A stretch of DNA of 60,362 nt, filler included, from Sphacelaria rigidula (GCA_964200075.2; 7 parts of 7 records of this genome joined end to end with filler, not necessarily neighbours in it); one strand, 5' to 3'; positions 1 to 12,168 are shown, counted from the whole stretch's first letter. Notes: a model not told the origin generated them from the sequence alone. Numbers and translations: made by a program.

Positions 1-1504
1 ATCTCGGAGTTAAACCTCAATTCGCACAATTTGTTGTTATATGTCGTTCGAGGTGGTTTCGCGCTGCACGACGCGACTCACTGTTTTCGAACTGCTACAC
101 GCCTCTCATGTGGGCAAAATTGCTGGAAACGAGCCCAATAGTGGGATGCCAGCCGGGTTTTTGGACGGTCTGCGGTGCATGTTTTGTGGAGGGGCTATCT
201 CGGCATTAGTCGTCAGTATGATGGAAACTGCACCGTTTTACAGGTGCTCCCATTCTCGCGGACTGTGCTCTGTGCGAACAGGCATGCATTAGATGGACAA
301 CCTTGCCGCAGGAGTAACATGTTCCACGAAATGTCGAATATTGATTTGGAGAGTTCGGCAATGACGCCACCAACATTGCTGAATCACGGTCATGCAATCT
401 TCTAGCAGTAATTTTGCGCGCCATGTGGTTAGAGAACATGTTGCGCGTTGTTGTTGCTGCCTCCTCGATGCTGAAGTCGGGGTCACGTTCGGCGGTCTAC
501 TTTTTTATCTGAACATACTCGCTGGTTAGACCCTCGATTACTATCTCAGTTAATATCTCCTCCGAGAAACGTCCGCGCATGTGTACAAGCTCATCTCTGA
601 ACTGATACATCTCCACGAGAGGAACATCCGCATCCCGACCTGGTGTTATGGTGATGCTGTCCAATTGTTTCATTAAAAAGGCGACGTCTCTGTTTGGGGA
701 AAATTTGGTATCGAGATATCAAACCTTCCCACGCACGTTTTCCGTTTGATTTCTCAGAACCCTTCTGTCGAAAATGCAAAAAAGAACACCTTGTCGCTGA
801 ACCAGTTGTCTACAGATCTAAAACGTCGAACAACTGTTCGATACATCGGCCCCAGTTTTCCATTCCACGCGTGTTCAAGATTGTCCTCACATGTGGTCCT
901 TGCTGGGATGACCAGCCACTCCTCGCGCAGGAGGCTGAAGTTTATGGGTAAGTAAGTGCAGTCTCACCCGCCGCTACTGTCGCCTCGCCCGTGGCGGTTG
1001 CCTCTACCGATGATAAACGCGTACGAACGAGCGGACGGCTGCTGGCGGCTTGTAGAACGGCCCCCGATGGCATTTGTCCTTGGTGTCGATCTGGTAGCTG
1101 GTTGTGGCAGATCTACCTCAATGAAAAGTCCTTCGAGAACTTCCGTGGGGGTGTTCAACCCCATTGTAGAGGAAAATAAAATCCCCGTATGAGTCAAAGA
1201 AATGGCGGCGAGCGTAGAGCGCGTCCACTAGATTTACAGGTGCCCTCCTAGAGGGCTATGTGTACTTTGGAGGACTCGACCCTAAACGAATTCGCTCTAG
1301 AGGTCACTTTATGCCTCTAGCGGTAGGGGGGGTACTATTCACCTTCCAGAGGGATCAAACACCTCCACGACGAGGGGCTAGCCGAAACCCTCTGCAGGGG
1401 GTGGATTTGGGTGTGGAGGGATCTTTGGGGAAGGGAATTGGTCACGCCTGTCCTGGCGCTTACCTGTCGTTCCTTTTTCTTCTTTCCTTCGTTTACCCGC
1501 GAAC

Positions 1505-1807
1505 TTTTGTTTTTTGTCGCCCTTCGAACCCCTCCCTTCCTAGGGACGAGTCCGTGGTGCCAACGGATCAACCCATATCTCCCTGGCACACGCCTTGCAT
1601 TCTGCTCTCGCGAATTGGATCAGCACTTCCGCACCGCGTCAACTCACGTCAAACAAACTCTTTCGACTACTACTCTGTTTACTCCCGTCATCACGCTTTC
1701 CACGGTGGAAATCATATACTACGAAGAAAACCGCGACACATCGGGAATCGAACCCTCGTTCTCTCCACCATCACGGCGACAGCCAGGTCATTACACCACC
1801 GAGGCGC
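1505..1807 (-). mobile_element. tRNA-derived SINE, copy 1
   Basis: Minus strand begins GCGCCTCGGTGGTGTAATG (A box) ... GGGTTCGATTCCCG (B box); body aligns by eye with 23178-23490, 53905-54200 and 56085-56420. Confidence 0.8.
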
Positions 1808-4306
1808 GGCGGCAAGGACTACGTTTTAGGATCACTGGTCCATTGGCTATGCATACCCTTCATCCTACCCTTCTAACCCCCACCGACACCTTACATGTCT
1901 CTACCCGTCCCTACCCGTCCCTACCCGTCCCCACTTCTTGCTCGCGCTCTTGTTTCGCGTGACTTAGCACTCTTCTCCCTCCCTCTCTACTTTTGCTATT
2001 GCCAGACAGTATAGTCCTACTTCATTGCACTTCTTTTTGGGTTCCTTTCTCGTCATATCGTTACGGACTCCGATCACTAGGGCTGCTAGTACTTTACCCG
2101 TCCAGTCTTCACTTCACCCTTCCTTACCATCTCTCTCTCTCTCTCTCTCTCGCTCCCTCCCTCCCTCTTTCTCTCTCTCGATCTGTTTCAAGAGTATCTC
2201 CGGCCTATTCGTTTTTGAAACTCGTTGGGATTCTGGTGTATTCTAGTGATTTTGCTGGCTCACCAACACCAAATAATATTGTGTCCAACACAGGCTCGTA
2301 GCCTTGAGGTAGGTTCAACACCCTTCGCGAAAGTACGCTGCGTCTGTGGCTGGTGATCTGTATGGTAAATCATCTAGGCGTCCGACGATCGTACTTTCCA
2401 TCTTCTTGCCTTACTGCCATGCTGTTTACTTTCACCAGGGGGAGCGTACTATTTCTTTTTTTTGCCCTAGTCATTTGACCATTGGCATCACTGATCATCA
2501 CTTTCCTCAGGGGGGGGGCATTTTTACGGTGTAGGGTTCAAGGACGGCTTGCATAACACAAGGTCTGACTCACGCGCCGGGGTGTCCCGTATCCCATCAC
2601 TTCCACCCGCTTCGCGTACGGTTCACCCCTGGTCGCTACTCTAGTAATGCTCCTGTGTAGACCTTCGCGGCTGAAGCTTGGCCGACAATCCCCCCACACT
2701 TGGTACCAGCCTCCATCCTTCAAGATCTCGAGATGTCAACATACAGCTTGGTGCTCCTTCTCGTTGGTCGTGTGGTCGCTCATTGGCAAAGTATTCGTTT
2801 CGAGATTTCAGTAGATCTCGACGTTCAGGTCGTGTATTACGCACCTCTCCGCTTCAGTTGAGGCCTGTGCACCTCATCCCGGGAATTTCAGGAAAATGAA
2901 CGACTAAAGTGGAACTACTCGTCGGTTCCATACAGTTGTACCGCCTTAAGTTGTGAAGCACGTGGCCAAACAAAAAAAAAGGCATATTCTGAACGCCCGC
3001 GGAGAGACGCATACGAGTAGCGCATCGACCGAAAACAAAGGTGGCGAAAGCAGATCGCGAAAGCAGATCGCGAAAGCAGGTCACGAAAATAGCTCTTTCT
3101 GGTGTTGATGATGCCGCTGTTTCAGCGCAGCCGTTGACCGTTGCTGTGTGCTGCCTCTAGCGCTATTTTTTGTTGAAAATTATCCGCTGGCACGGCACTG
3201 TCTCACTGGACAGTTAAGCAGAGGCTTGCACTATAGCGGTAAAGCTACTTGCAAGGAGCCAGCGTAGTAAAATCAAGATAGTGAAGTTCGGCGCTTCTGC
3301 CCTAAAATATCAAACTGCCTCTTTTGCAAGAGAGAGCTGTGGAAGCAACACTGGGTTGCTTGGGAGAGTGAGAAGCGAGGGGCGAGCGAGAGCGAGCCTC
3401 AACACTTTCCACTCTCTGGACAAAAACCAATGCTGTACGTAAACCAAAAAGATCTTGAAACGTACCCTATATTTGTTGGAAAAATCTAGACGGTGTAGTC
3501 TATATTCATTATGTTTGAATAGAGTTGTTGCAACAAAAAAAGATAGCGGTACAACCGGTTGCGTTTCAAGGAAACAACGAACCGCGTAAGACCGTTTCAT
3601 TAGAATCCTTTTCACAGAGAGTACCTCTTTTGTATTGATTCATAGTCTACCTGTGTGAATGACGTTCCAGGTAGGATACTGCTACAGTAGGCGTGTTGCC
3701 ATGATTTGTCAATGAAAGATACTCTAGCAGAGTATTTAGGCCACGTAAGCTACAGGATATCTTGTGTGCAACGTTGCAGTTAATCTCAGCTAGCAAGGCT
3801 ACCGCGTCAGCAATAGCGAGGTTGAATTGAATGATACGAGTAGACCTTACGTACGTGTAGAGTGTTGGATTCTTGTTCCGGGGTTGAACATGGTTGCAAG
3901 CTATGGTCTATCGCCCTTGCAATCACTCTCCCAAGCTTACCAAGCTTACCCAGCTCTTCTTCATTTCCTCAGCACTCTGCTTGCAAAAGAGGCTGCCTTG
4001 ATTTTGTTCGGCCGGAGTGAAGAGCCCCAAACACCATTTTTGTCTTTGGACTTTCTGTCTGCTGCAACAGCGAGTGGTTTGACTACCACTGTGCAACCTC
4101 TGCTAACCTACTGTCTCTGCGACGGTAGTCGGTCTGTTTCGAGAACAGTACCATACGCCACGAGCCACAAAATATTTGCAACAATATTACCATGAAAAAG
4201 GAGCAGTGAAATGACACATACATGGTTACAGTCTCACCTGAACTGTGACAAATAACATTCAGTCGTCTCGCTTATGCAGTACAGTAACTTGCAGCGGCAA
4301 TTTCAA

Positions 4307-5829
4307 TCACAAACAAAGAACTTGGACCGTCCTGTCTAAATTTGCAACACACCTGGCGTTTGAAGACAGATGAAGTGCGCCATGTGAATCCGAGTAGATA
4401 GTCGCGGGCTCAATAGATGACCATCCAAGCTCTCGTGTCAGATTGAAGAGATCCGTTCCGAATTTGCCGTATTTCGAAAGGCCAATTAACTCGGCTTCTG
4501 TCGTTGGAGTAGCTGTTATAAGTTGTAAGCTCGAGGTGAAATGAACTAGCCCGTTAGACAAAAAGTAACGTCCCCGTCGTTGATCGTGTTTTCCCCTCAA
4601 GTCCGGCATTACCATAGCTTGTGGTTCTCCTGTCGTTGGGTCGAACGTCTCGAAGCCAGGCGGTTGTTTCCGGAATACTGTTACCTGTAGAGTACCGTTC
4701 AAGAAAGCAGTGTGTACGTCGGGGGCTAAAATAGGCCAATTCTTTCCGCAGTAGCAATTGCCAGTAACAATCGCTGACTTTCCAACCGGCAAAATGGACT
4801 ATCGGAATCATACCCTACTAGCACTCCTTCCCAAGCCTTTTCTTCTAACTTACTGTGATGACGCTCCCTGTGCACAAACGCCCTCAAGCCGATTGGCCGC
4901 AAGGGTGATAGCTTCGGTTGCTTAAGAAACATCCGGAAATATGGTGTATCGCCGCCGATGCTCGTGTGCGGTAGGCGATTGATTAAAGAGACCGTAGTTG
5001 CAGCAATTTCTCCCTAAAGAAATTTCGGCCAATTCGATTCGTTCAGGAGACAACGGGTAACGTTCGAAATGCTCCGCCCGTCTCTTTCACTGATGCCATT
5101 CCGCTGACGAGTATATGGACTGGTGTACTCTTGGCGGATGCCCGTGGTCTTGCAGTACTTCTTAAAATAGTCCGCGATGTATTCACCCCCACGGTCTGAC
5201 CGCAGACGGTGTACACGGAGTCCTAAAGGAATAGCCAAATCTTGGATGAACCTGCAGAGCGTAGTGAGGGTCTCATCCTTCGTTTTGATGAAGTAGACCA
5301 CCTTGAAACGCGGAAAGTGATCCGTAAATTTTTCATACCCTGGAATATAGAATACACGGTCGAAAAATGTACTGCGTCCAGTATGGAATCTATTGTCTAT
5401 TAGATAATCTATTAGACAATAGATTCCATACTGGACGCAGTACATTTTTCGACCGTGTATTCTATTGTCCAGGGTATGAAATTTTGCCATGTAACTGTAG
5501 CCGCCCTGCGCCATCGGCGTAATCAGCCCTGTTACGTTAGTGCTGACAAATTACAGTCGTTCCGAAATGTTCATGGAGTCTACGGTCTTTGGGTGGTCCT
5601 GCTGTACACTTTTTTTAAGCTTGCACGTTACACAACAAGGTGACAGTGACCCCTCAAAGTTCACACCTAATTCCGGAATATCCAGTAGACGGCGCATGAC
5701 CTGCTCCGTGGGATGTCCAAGTCGCCTATGCCAGATGTCTGCTCCTGTCGTGGTAGTCAAAGCTGTTGGTTCTGCTCCCGCTGTGGCAGACATTGTTGGA
5801 AATATGCAGCAGGGCCTAGCTGCTTGCAT
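4307..5829 (-). mobile_element. Ty1/copia pol relic, internally deleted (GAG-pre-integrase, integrase, SH3, RT fragment, RNase H)
   Basis: IWHRRLGHP...CVTCK; integrase FTDHF...LRSDRGGEY...YTSPYTRQRNGISER; AFVH...KLEEKAWEGVLVGY; RT DVHTAFLNGTL...QPPGF; RNase H TTEAELIGL...IYSDSHGALHL. INT-RT-RH order is copia; frameshifts and stops present. Confidence 0.95.
5334..5478. mobile_element. 145-bp palindromic MITE with 8-bp TSD inside the copia integrase
   Basis: CATACCCTGG...CCAGGGTATG, near-perfect foldback; flanks AAATTTTT / AAATTTTG. Confidence 0.9.
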
Positions 5830-7026
5830 TTTGTGAGTCTTTACTCTGATAGCAAATTAGCGGCGTAACTAATCACGTTTCGAGTAGATCAGATCGTTAC
5901 GGGTAGAAGTACCGTTTCAAGTAAATCATTGAATCTTGTATCCTGGAGGTCTAACCACGTAAGCTCGTAAGATATGACTGAGCCCCTAGCGTCTGAGGAA
6001 GCTACGGCAACAAGACAATGAAATGCATTTCGTGTATATTCCTTCTCCAACACGTCCTACTGTTCGATCCTTTGACGGCGAAGCAGTCTATGTGTGCCAA
6101 TGTGAGTGTGTCTGGCACTTCATATTACAGTAGTGGGTGGTCTAAGTATTTAGGGGTGTTCTGGGTGTTTTGTCGCGTACTCTTCAATAGAACTCGAAAT
6201 TGCTAGCGTCGGTAGATTTTGATACAATCAACAGATCATCCTCGAAACACAGTGCCTACGTCAGTGTTAGTTGGTGTTATCGGGCAATACGAGTAAATTC
6301 CCCGTTTATCAGGAGGGTGTTATTGACCGTAGAAAACATTTTTTCGGCTCTAGGGCCACGAGTTGGTAGAATTAAAAAAAATAAAGCTGTACATTTCTTC
6401 ACAAGTATGATCGGGACAGGCTCAATTGACCGAAAATACGGTGGAGTAAGAGCCTGGGCTGAAACGTGGCGAGACCCCCGATGACCGCTCAGCCCGTAAG
6501 TTACTCAATATTGAGTAAAGACGATGTTTTCTTCTTGGAATGTGAAGCGGATACACGTATCTTCAAATCCTCGATGTGATCAGCGGTGGCAAGCGAATCG
6601 AGCCCGCGAAAATAGCCAATTACGAAAAAATCACAAAATGCCACAAAATGAATAGTTATACCGCTCACTACTGGAGTGTTTGAATGCCCTTATGACGAAA
6701 ATGGTACGAGGTTTGTAATGCAAGGGACAACTAACTATCACCGTACCACATGATATACATGTGCGTCTACTACGCGGCGGGTAACTTTGGAAACGAAGTC
6801 GATGATCAGCGAAAGCAATGGGCACTGTTCCATTCGTTGGCATTACTGTCAATCCTGAGTTATTTCTAGAGTGAAACGATTCTATCGAAGCTTGCCGCTT
6901 TCAGTGTACGCACCGTGCGATTGCTCGACGATGTTCGCCGGCGTACTTTGCGACAAGCCAGCGAGATCGTTATAGGCTGCAGCGGCTGCCGGGCATTTCC
7001 ATTCTTCGTCCCCATCGTCGGAACAC

Positions 7027-7260
7027 GTGGACGTGATGCAATCATTGATGCTCCAGGAGGTACTGGGAATCAGAAACACGCGTCCGTGTGTATACGCAGC
7101 AAGCACCCCGGGAATGATGGAATTGTGTAGGAGTAAGCGATACATGGTGCGTAGGCAATGGAAGCGGGTGAAAGAGGTGCGAGAACCGCGCAGCCTCGTC
7201 GGCGAATACAATCGCACGCAGCACGAAATATGGAATAATGAGCCACAACATAGTCGAATA
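7027..7260 (+). pseudogene. Possible degenerate piggyBac-like transposase fragment
   Basis: AASTPG...VRRQWKRVKEVREPRSLVGEYNR loosely resembles the segment before the piggyBac YN..MGGVD motif; catalytic motif not seen. Confidence 0.25.
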
Positions 7261-7842
7261 ATGGTTATTTTTCTCGCTGGTTTACCTCCGAATGATGCAT
7301 TTGTTTCTGCAAGCAAGACCCCGTCAAAGAAACGATTAGTCCTACCTCCGCCCTCATCGTATCCTGGCGATATCTGTACTTTAGTGGACTGCAGAGGCGA
7401 AGAATTCAAGATGAAAGCCACCCCTTACTTTCGAGAAAGTGGTACTTACCCGAAACCAATGGCCTTCCCAACCACATTTGCGACGAATCCTGGCCAATAG
7501 GTTTCTTTCTCCCAGCTTTCGATTTCACCAACGCCAATTGAGAACTCGCTTGCTGTAGGGATGAAGCAACCAGACATGTAATCAACCGGGCCCGGAGAGT
7601 GACGGTCTGCTGAATCCGTCAAAATGAGAGTGATCAGTAGCGGTGTTTCAGGAGATGTGTTGTCGTCGTCGGTTCCACAGGTAGTGTAAAGTATCATCGA
7701 CGTCCACCTGAGTGTGTTGTGTTTCGAGGGCAGGGGTAAAACCAATGACACAACGCACGGAGGAAGGTAAAACGAGAGACATTGCAACGGAGAGAAGACA
7801 AATTACGCAACGACTTTGTATGGGGTATAATGATGTGGGATC

Positions 7843-8090
7843 TGTGACGCTAGCAGGTTGCTAGTACTGCAGCATCTATTGCTGTTGAGAGACTCCCCAG
7901 TTCCACTGGCCTCAAGGTCTCAGTTGTCAGCCTTCACAACACCTTGTCATTACCGGAGTAAACACCTGCAGCCCCCTACCATCAGGCCTGGGCTACATAG
8001 CAAGGGTCATCATCTACAGGATGCCCTTGTCCCCTGGTCATCATCCAGGATCCACTTTATACTCAACCGTGACGGCGTGATTTCGCCACA
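7843..8090. mobile_element. LTR-like repeat (probable solo LTR), homologous to 46890-47136
   Basis: TGTGACG...CGCCACA ends; shares GACTCCCCAGT.C.ACTGGCCTCA, TCAGTTGTCAGCCTT and GGTCATCATCCA with the copy beside the gypsy gag. Confidence 0.65.
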
Positions 8091-8539
8091 GCACCCCCAA
8101 AGCGCGTTGGACGAGAATCGAGCAGCAAGCTTGACACTCAGAAAACTAACGCCAAAACGATTGAGCAAGTTACAACTGAATCCCAAACTCACGCGTAATG
8201 CGAGTAGCAATGGAACGAGTCACTCGCACCTTACGCAACTCCTTCTTGAAAAATTCCGGAGCTGCCTCAAAAATATTTTTTAAAAGACTCCCACGTACGC
8301 TCCTCGACTTCAAAACCTGCCCAGTTGACCAATACGATCAACGAACGATCCTCTGCCTTTGCCTCGCGAACAATCCCAGCCATCTGAAATTGCCCCTGCT
8401 TAAAAGCGTGCTGAAACACATTCTTCACATCTGCCGCAACATTAAGCTGCGAGTCCGCATAAAAACGCAGACGAGCTACATGAGCGATTTGAACACGACC
8501 CGAAACAATATGTTGGATTTCAAAGACATGCGGGTGATG

Positions 8540-8639
8540 NNNNNNNNNNNNNNNNNNNNNNNNNNNNNNNNNNNNNNNNNNNNTTAATTAATTAANNNNN
8601 NNNNNNNNNNNNNNNNNNNNNNNNNNNNNNNNNNNNNNN
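8540..8639. other. Artificial contig linker (N44-TTAATTAATTAA-N44); also at 17178-17277, 25816-25915, 34454-34553, 43091-43190, 51728-51827
   Basis: Identical 100-bp spacer with six-frame stops recurring every 8637-8638 bp; contigs are 8539, 8538, 8538, 8538, 8537, 8537 and 8535 bp. Confidence 0.98.
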
Positions 8640-8930
8640 TCGGAAAGGCGAATCCGCAGTCTAATTTTTGGTTTCGCACATCCAAATTTGGAATGGACAG
8701 TGCATAGGGCACAAAAAGAATTTGGGAAAAAGAACCATTTTTTTTTTTTTTTCTCGTGGGTCAAGGGCAATAATCAGTTTTCAGGTATCAGTAAAACGCC
8801 CTTAACTCACGAGAGAAAAAAAACTCTTCTGGTGCGTCTTTTCATTTTTTTTTTATTGCCCTGCGCATTGTCCATACGAAGTTTGACGCTCCAACTCTGA
8901 ATATTGGCCGGCGCATTCGCCTGCAGACTG

Positions 8931-8959
8931 CCAATCCGCCTCTAGGCTGGCCCAGCTCG
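8931..8959 (+). mobile_element. Helitron-like 3' terminus
   Basis: AATCCGCCTCTAGGCTGGCCCAGCTCG; same motif as 25745, 34626, 39912 and 51370. Confidence 0.4.
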
Positions 8960-9277
8960 CAAGACGAATGAGAATAATAGTGAACACAACTTCATCGCTC
9001 AACAGCAAAATGTTGCCTGCGCCCCATATCATGACGTGCACAATCGAAAAAGTGAAATACATTACGACGTACTTTATCCCGAGAAATGAACACCCAAAAA
9101 GAAGGTTTAATAGATCTGTTTCGTCAGAATGTTTTTTGTTCATATCAATGTCAATAAAGAAGTGGGTTTGAATAGACGAATGCATAACGCGTGTTGTGGA
9201 TTGATTGGTTGATTGGTTGATTGATTTGAGTGGTTGATTGATTGATCGATTGTCTTGATTTGATTGTCGCACATTAC

Positions 9278-9417
9278 CACACCCTGGACAATGGCAATAT
9301 ATTACATTGTAAAAAAATGTACAGCGTACAGTATGGAATCAGTTGTCTACTGCAATAGGCGTGATGGTTGATGTAACTTATTGTCCATGTAACTTATTGT
9401 CCACTGTCCAGGGTGTG
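9278..9417. mobile_element. MITE of the CAYACCCTGG family, 8-bp TSD
   Basis: CACACCCTGGACA...TGTCCAGGGTGTG; flanks CACATTAC / CACGTTAC; internal AAAAATGTACAGCGTACAGTATGGAATC closely matches the 5334 copy. Confidence 0.85.
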
Positions 9418-10414
9418 CACGTTACTCACATATATCCCGAGGGAGCCAGTCGTCATCATCCACAAGATAGATACGCACAAGGTGAACAAAATGGAAACGC
9501 TCGCTAAAGAAGAAAAAACAAAACAAAAACAAGCGGAGTACTGTAAGCTAAAAAACATCGAGAAAAACCATAAAAGGGGGAACCATAATAATAGCTGCTA
9601 GAGCCTTCTCGACGATGTATGTACAACACATGTTTTTTCTGCACAAAAGGGATCGGTGACAGAGAGATAGGACCGCCCACCACACGTAAAGAGACGGGAA
9701 AGGGAGGTCGTATGAGGGCGAAACTGGGCATTGGACATTGATCATCACGCAAAATGAAAACAAATAGGATCTAATCCGATAGAAAATCAAGTGCACTCAT
9801 AAACGTTAAAAAATGTGCCGAGGATATGTCAAGATGCTGGGAGGGCATATATTGATTGATGACCGCCAGACACAGCCCTCCATCTGCCGGCACTCTCCGG
9901 GTCTGGTGGATGGGCAAACATAGCTACATGCCCCATCGCCCCTTGGTGTTTGACATGGATTTGGAGGCTCTTGGAGTATAACTCGAGAGAAAAATGGCTA
10001 CATGCTCCATCGCCCCTCGCCCCGGGTGATGAATACGTCGGTTTCGTGAGTGGCATAGTCATCATCCAGAGGCAGGACAAAGTATGTTTTTCTGTGGGTA
10101 CTGTGCTGCTGAGTACTGACTGTTGGTCCCTACCATGATCCTGTCTCTCTCAAAACGCTTTTTTGCTCTTCACTAGGTTGGCGCGAGACCAAAAGATCGC
10201 CTGTGCAACATAGGCGTTGACGGGCGAGGAGGCGAGAAGTTCGCGGGGGAGACCGCTGTGTGCGGAAAGTGGCGCGGGGCGCTGGCGCAGAGGCTGAAGA
10301 ATTCTGAATACAACTTGCACTGTTCCGAGGCAAGAAAAAAGAATAGGAGACCTATTAATTACTTTATTTATAATGACGTTATTTGCGTTATGTTTTGCGT
10401 CATGTTTCGCGTTC

Positions 10415-10615
10415 TGTTTTTTTTTTTTTTTTTTTTTTTATGTTTTTTTTACTTTTTTTCTTTTCTTTTTTTTTTTGTGTAGTTTTTCATCTATTTTTTT
10501 TTTTCACATATTCCTTTTTTACTTTTAACTCTCTTACTTTTTTCATTCTTTCACCTTTTCTTTGTTTCTCCTTTTCTTTTTCTCAATTGTTTACTTGTTC
10601 GTTTCTTCTTTCATT
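10415..10615. repeat. Poly-T / pyrimidine-rich low-complexity tract
   Basis: Long T runs; produces spurious Phe-rich ORFs. Confidence 0.9.
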
Positions 10616-11012
10616 CACGTCTAGTTTTGAAGAGAGAGAGCGACAAAAAGATATAAAGCCAGAGAAAGGGAGGGGAGAAGCGAAGGGAAGAAATATTATG
10701 CGTATTTTGCTTCTCATTAGTTTTTCATCTCCCGATGCTCGATGCTTTCGGCTTTGCAGGAGGACGTTTGCTGCCTTCTCTGTTTTTTTTGTTTTCAAAG
10801 ATTTCGTGTTTTTTTTTTTAATGTATCTTCCGAGTTATACTTTCCGGTTCCAGGGACGTCTAGGATCAGACCCCTGCGTGTTCATTTTGTCGTTCTCTCC
10901 CCGACAGCTCGTGAGCTAGCTACCTAAAACAACTCATTGAAGACGACTCTCAGATCTTTTGTCCAAAAACACAAAATACGTGACAGCGGGATCCGAGAAG
11001 GCGAGGCGCTAC

Positions 11013-11045
11013 CTTTGCCCTACTCCACGTGCTCGGCGTCCAGCA
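11013..11045 (-). CDS. Candidate 33-bp micro-exon
   Basis: Acceptor CTTTTCCCTGCAG, donor AAG|GTAGCG; phase 0 reads CWTPSTWSRAK. Confidence 0.35.
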
Positions 11046-11308
11046 CTGCAGGGAAAAGGGAGGTCAAATGAGTTATTTTAGGTCATCATCTGGATCAGTA
11101 CACTAATAAGAAGGTATATTGAGGTGGCTCATGAGCTGTCCGACGTGTGCAGTATTTCCTGTTACTCGGGTTTCCTTTGACGAGTGTGTTGGTGTTGTTC
11201 ATCAGAGTGAGGTACGTCTATCTTGTGGATAATGGCCAGGACCATAATGTATCCATCGTGGATTAGTTAATGCGCCACAACCGGTTTATCAATAATTTTT
11301 ATGAGATC

Positions 11309-11350
11309 AAATGAAATGAAATGAAATGAAATGAAATGAAATGAAATGAA
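11309..11350. repeat. (AAATG)n microsatellite
   Basis: Direct reading. Confidence 0.95.
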
Positions 11351-11402
11351 TAACTTAATCAGTCAATCGATCGAATATGAAACTGACTAGCAGGTGTTCT
11401 AC

Positions 11403-11516
11403 CTTGACTGGCGGCGTGTGATGTTCGAGAGGCTGATCTTCGAGTGCGCCGTGAATCTGATCGGGGCTCTCCACAAGAACGAGACAGTCGGGTTCGTCAT
11501 CAAGTAAGTGGTACTG
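11403..11516 (-). CDS. Candidate exon, unknown protein
   Basis: TTTTACACCAG acceptor, AAG|GTAGAA donor; 114 bp, QYHLLDDEPDCLVLVESPDQIHGALEDQPLEHHTPPVK. Confidence 0.4.
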
Positions 11517-11599
11517 CTGGTGTAAAATAAACATACGACGAGACAAGGACAAAAAGGACCACCTGTACTGATAATATGATGGTATTACCATGACCACTG

Positions 11600-11914
11600 C
11601 CACCCACCGCCGCCACCACTAGTGCTATTATGTTATTATCAGTACTACCACCAGTAGTACTACTTCTACTTCTTCTACTACTAGTAGTACTAGTACTATC
11701 AGTACTCCTCCTCCTCCTCCTCCTCCTCTTCCTATTGCCATTACTACTGCCATTACTATCACCACTGCCATTGCTACTGTTCGGTTTGGAATGTTGGAAG
11801 CAGTGCGATCATTTTTTCCGTCGCAAGTGAAGAATTGAACCACTAGTAGTACTACCAGTACTCCTCCTCCTCCTCCTCCTCCTCCTACTGCCATTACTGC
11901 TGCCATTCTACCAT

Positions 11915-11966
<52 letters not shown>

Positions 11967-12131
11967 GCCATTACTACCATCACTGTCATTACTACTGTTC
12001 GGTTTGGAATGTTGGAAGCAGTGCGATCACTTTTCCGTTACAAGTAAAGAATTGAACCACTAGTAGTACTACCAGTACTCCTCCTCCTCCTCCTCCTACT
12101 GCCATTACTGCTGCCATTCTACCATTACTAT

Positions 12132-12168
<37 letters not shown>

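Noticed and set aside
3240..4200. Copia LTR pair with 5850-6000
   Set aside because: Only a short shared word (CCACGTAAGCT); no definable TG...CA boundaries.
10383..10919. Phe-rich membrane protein ORFs (also 29520-30199)
   Set aside because: Products of poly-T low-complexity sequence.
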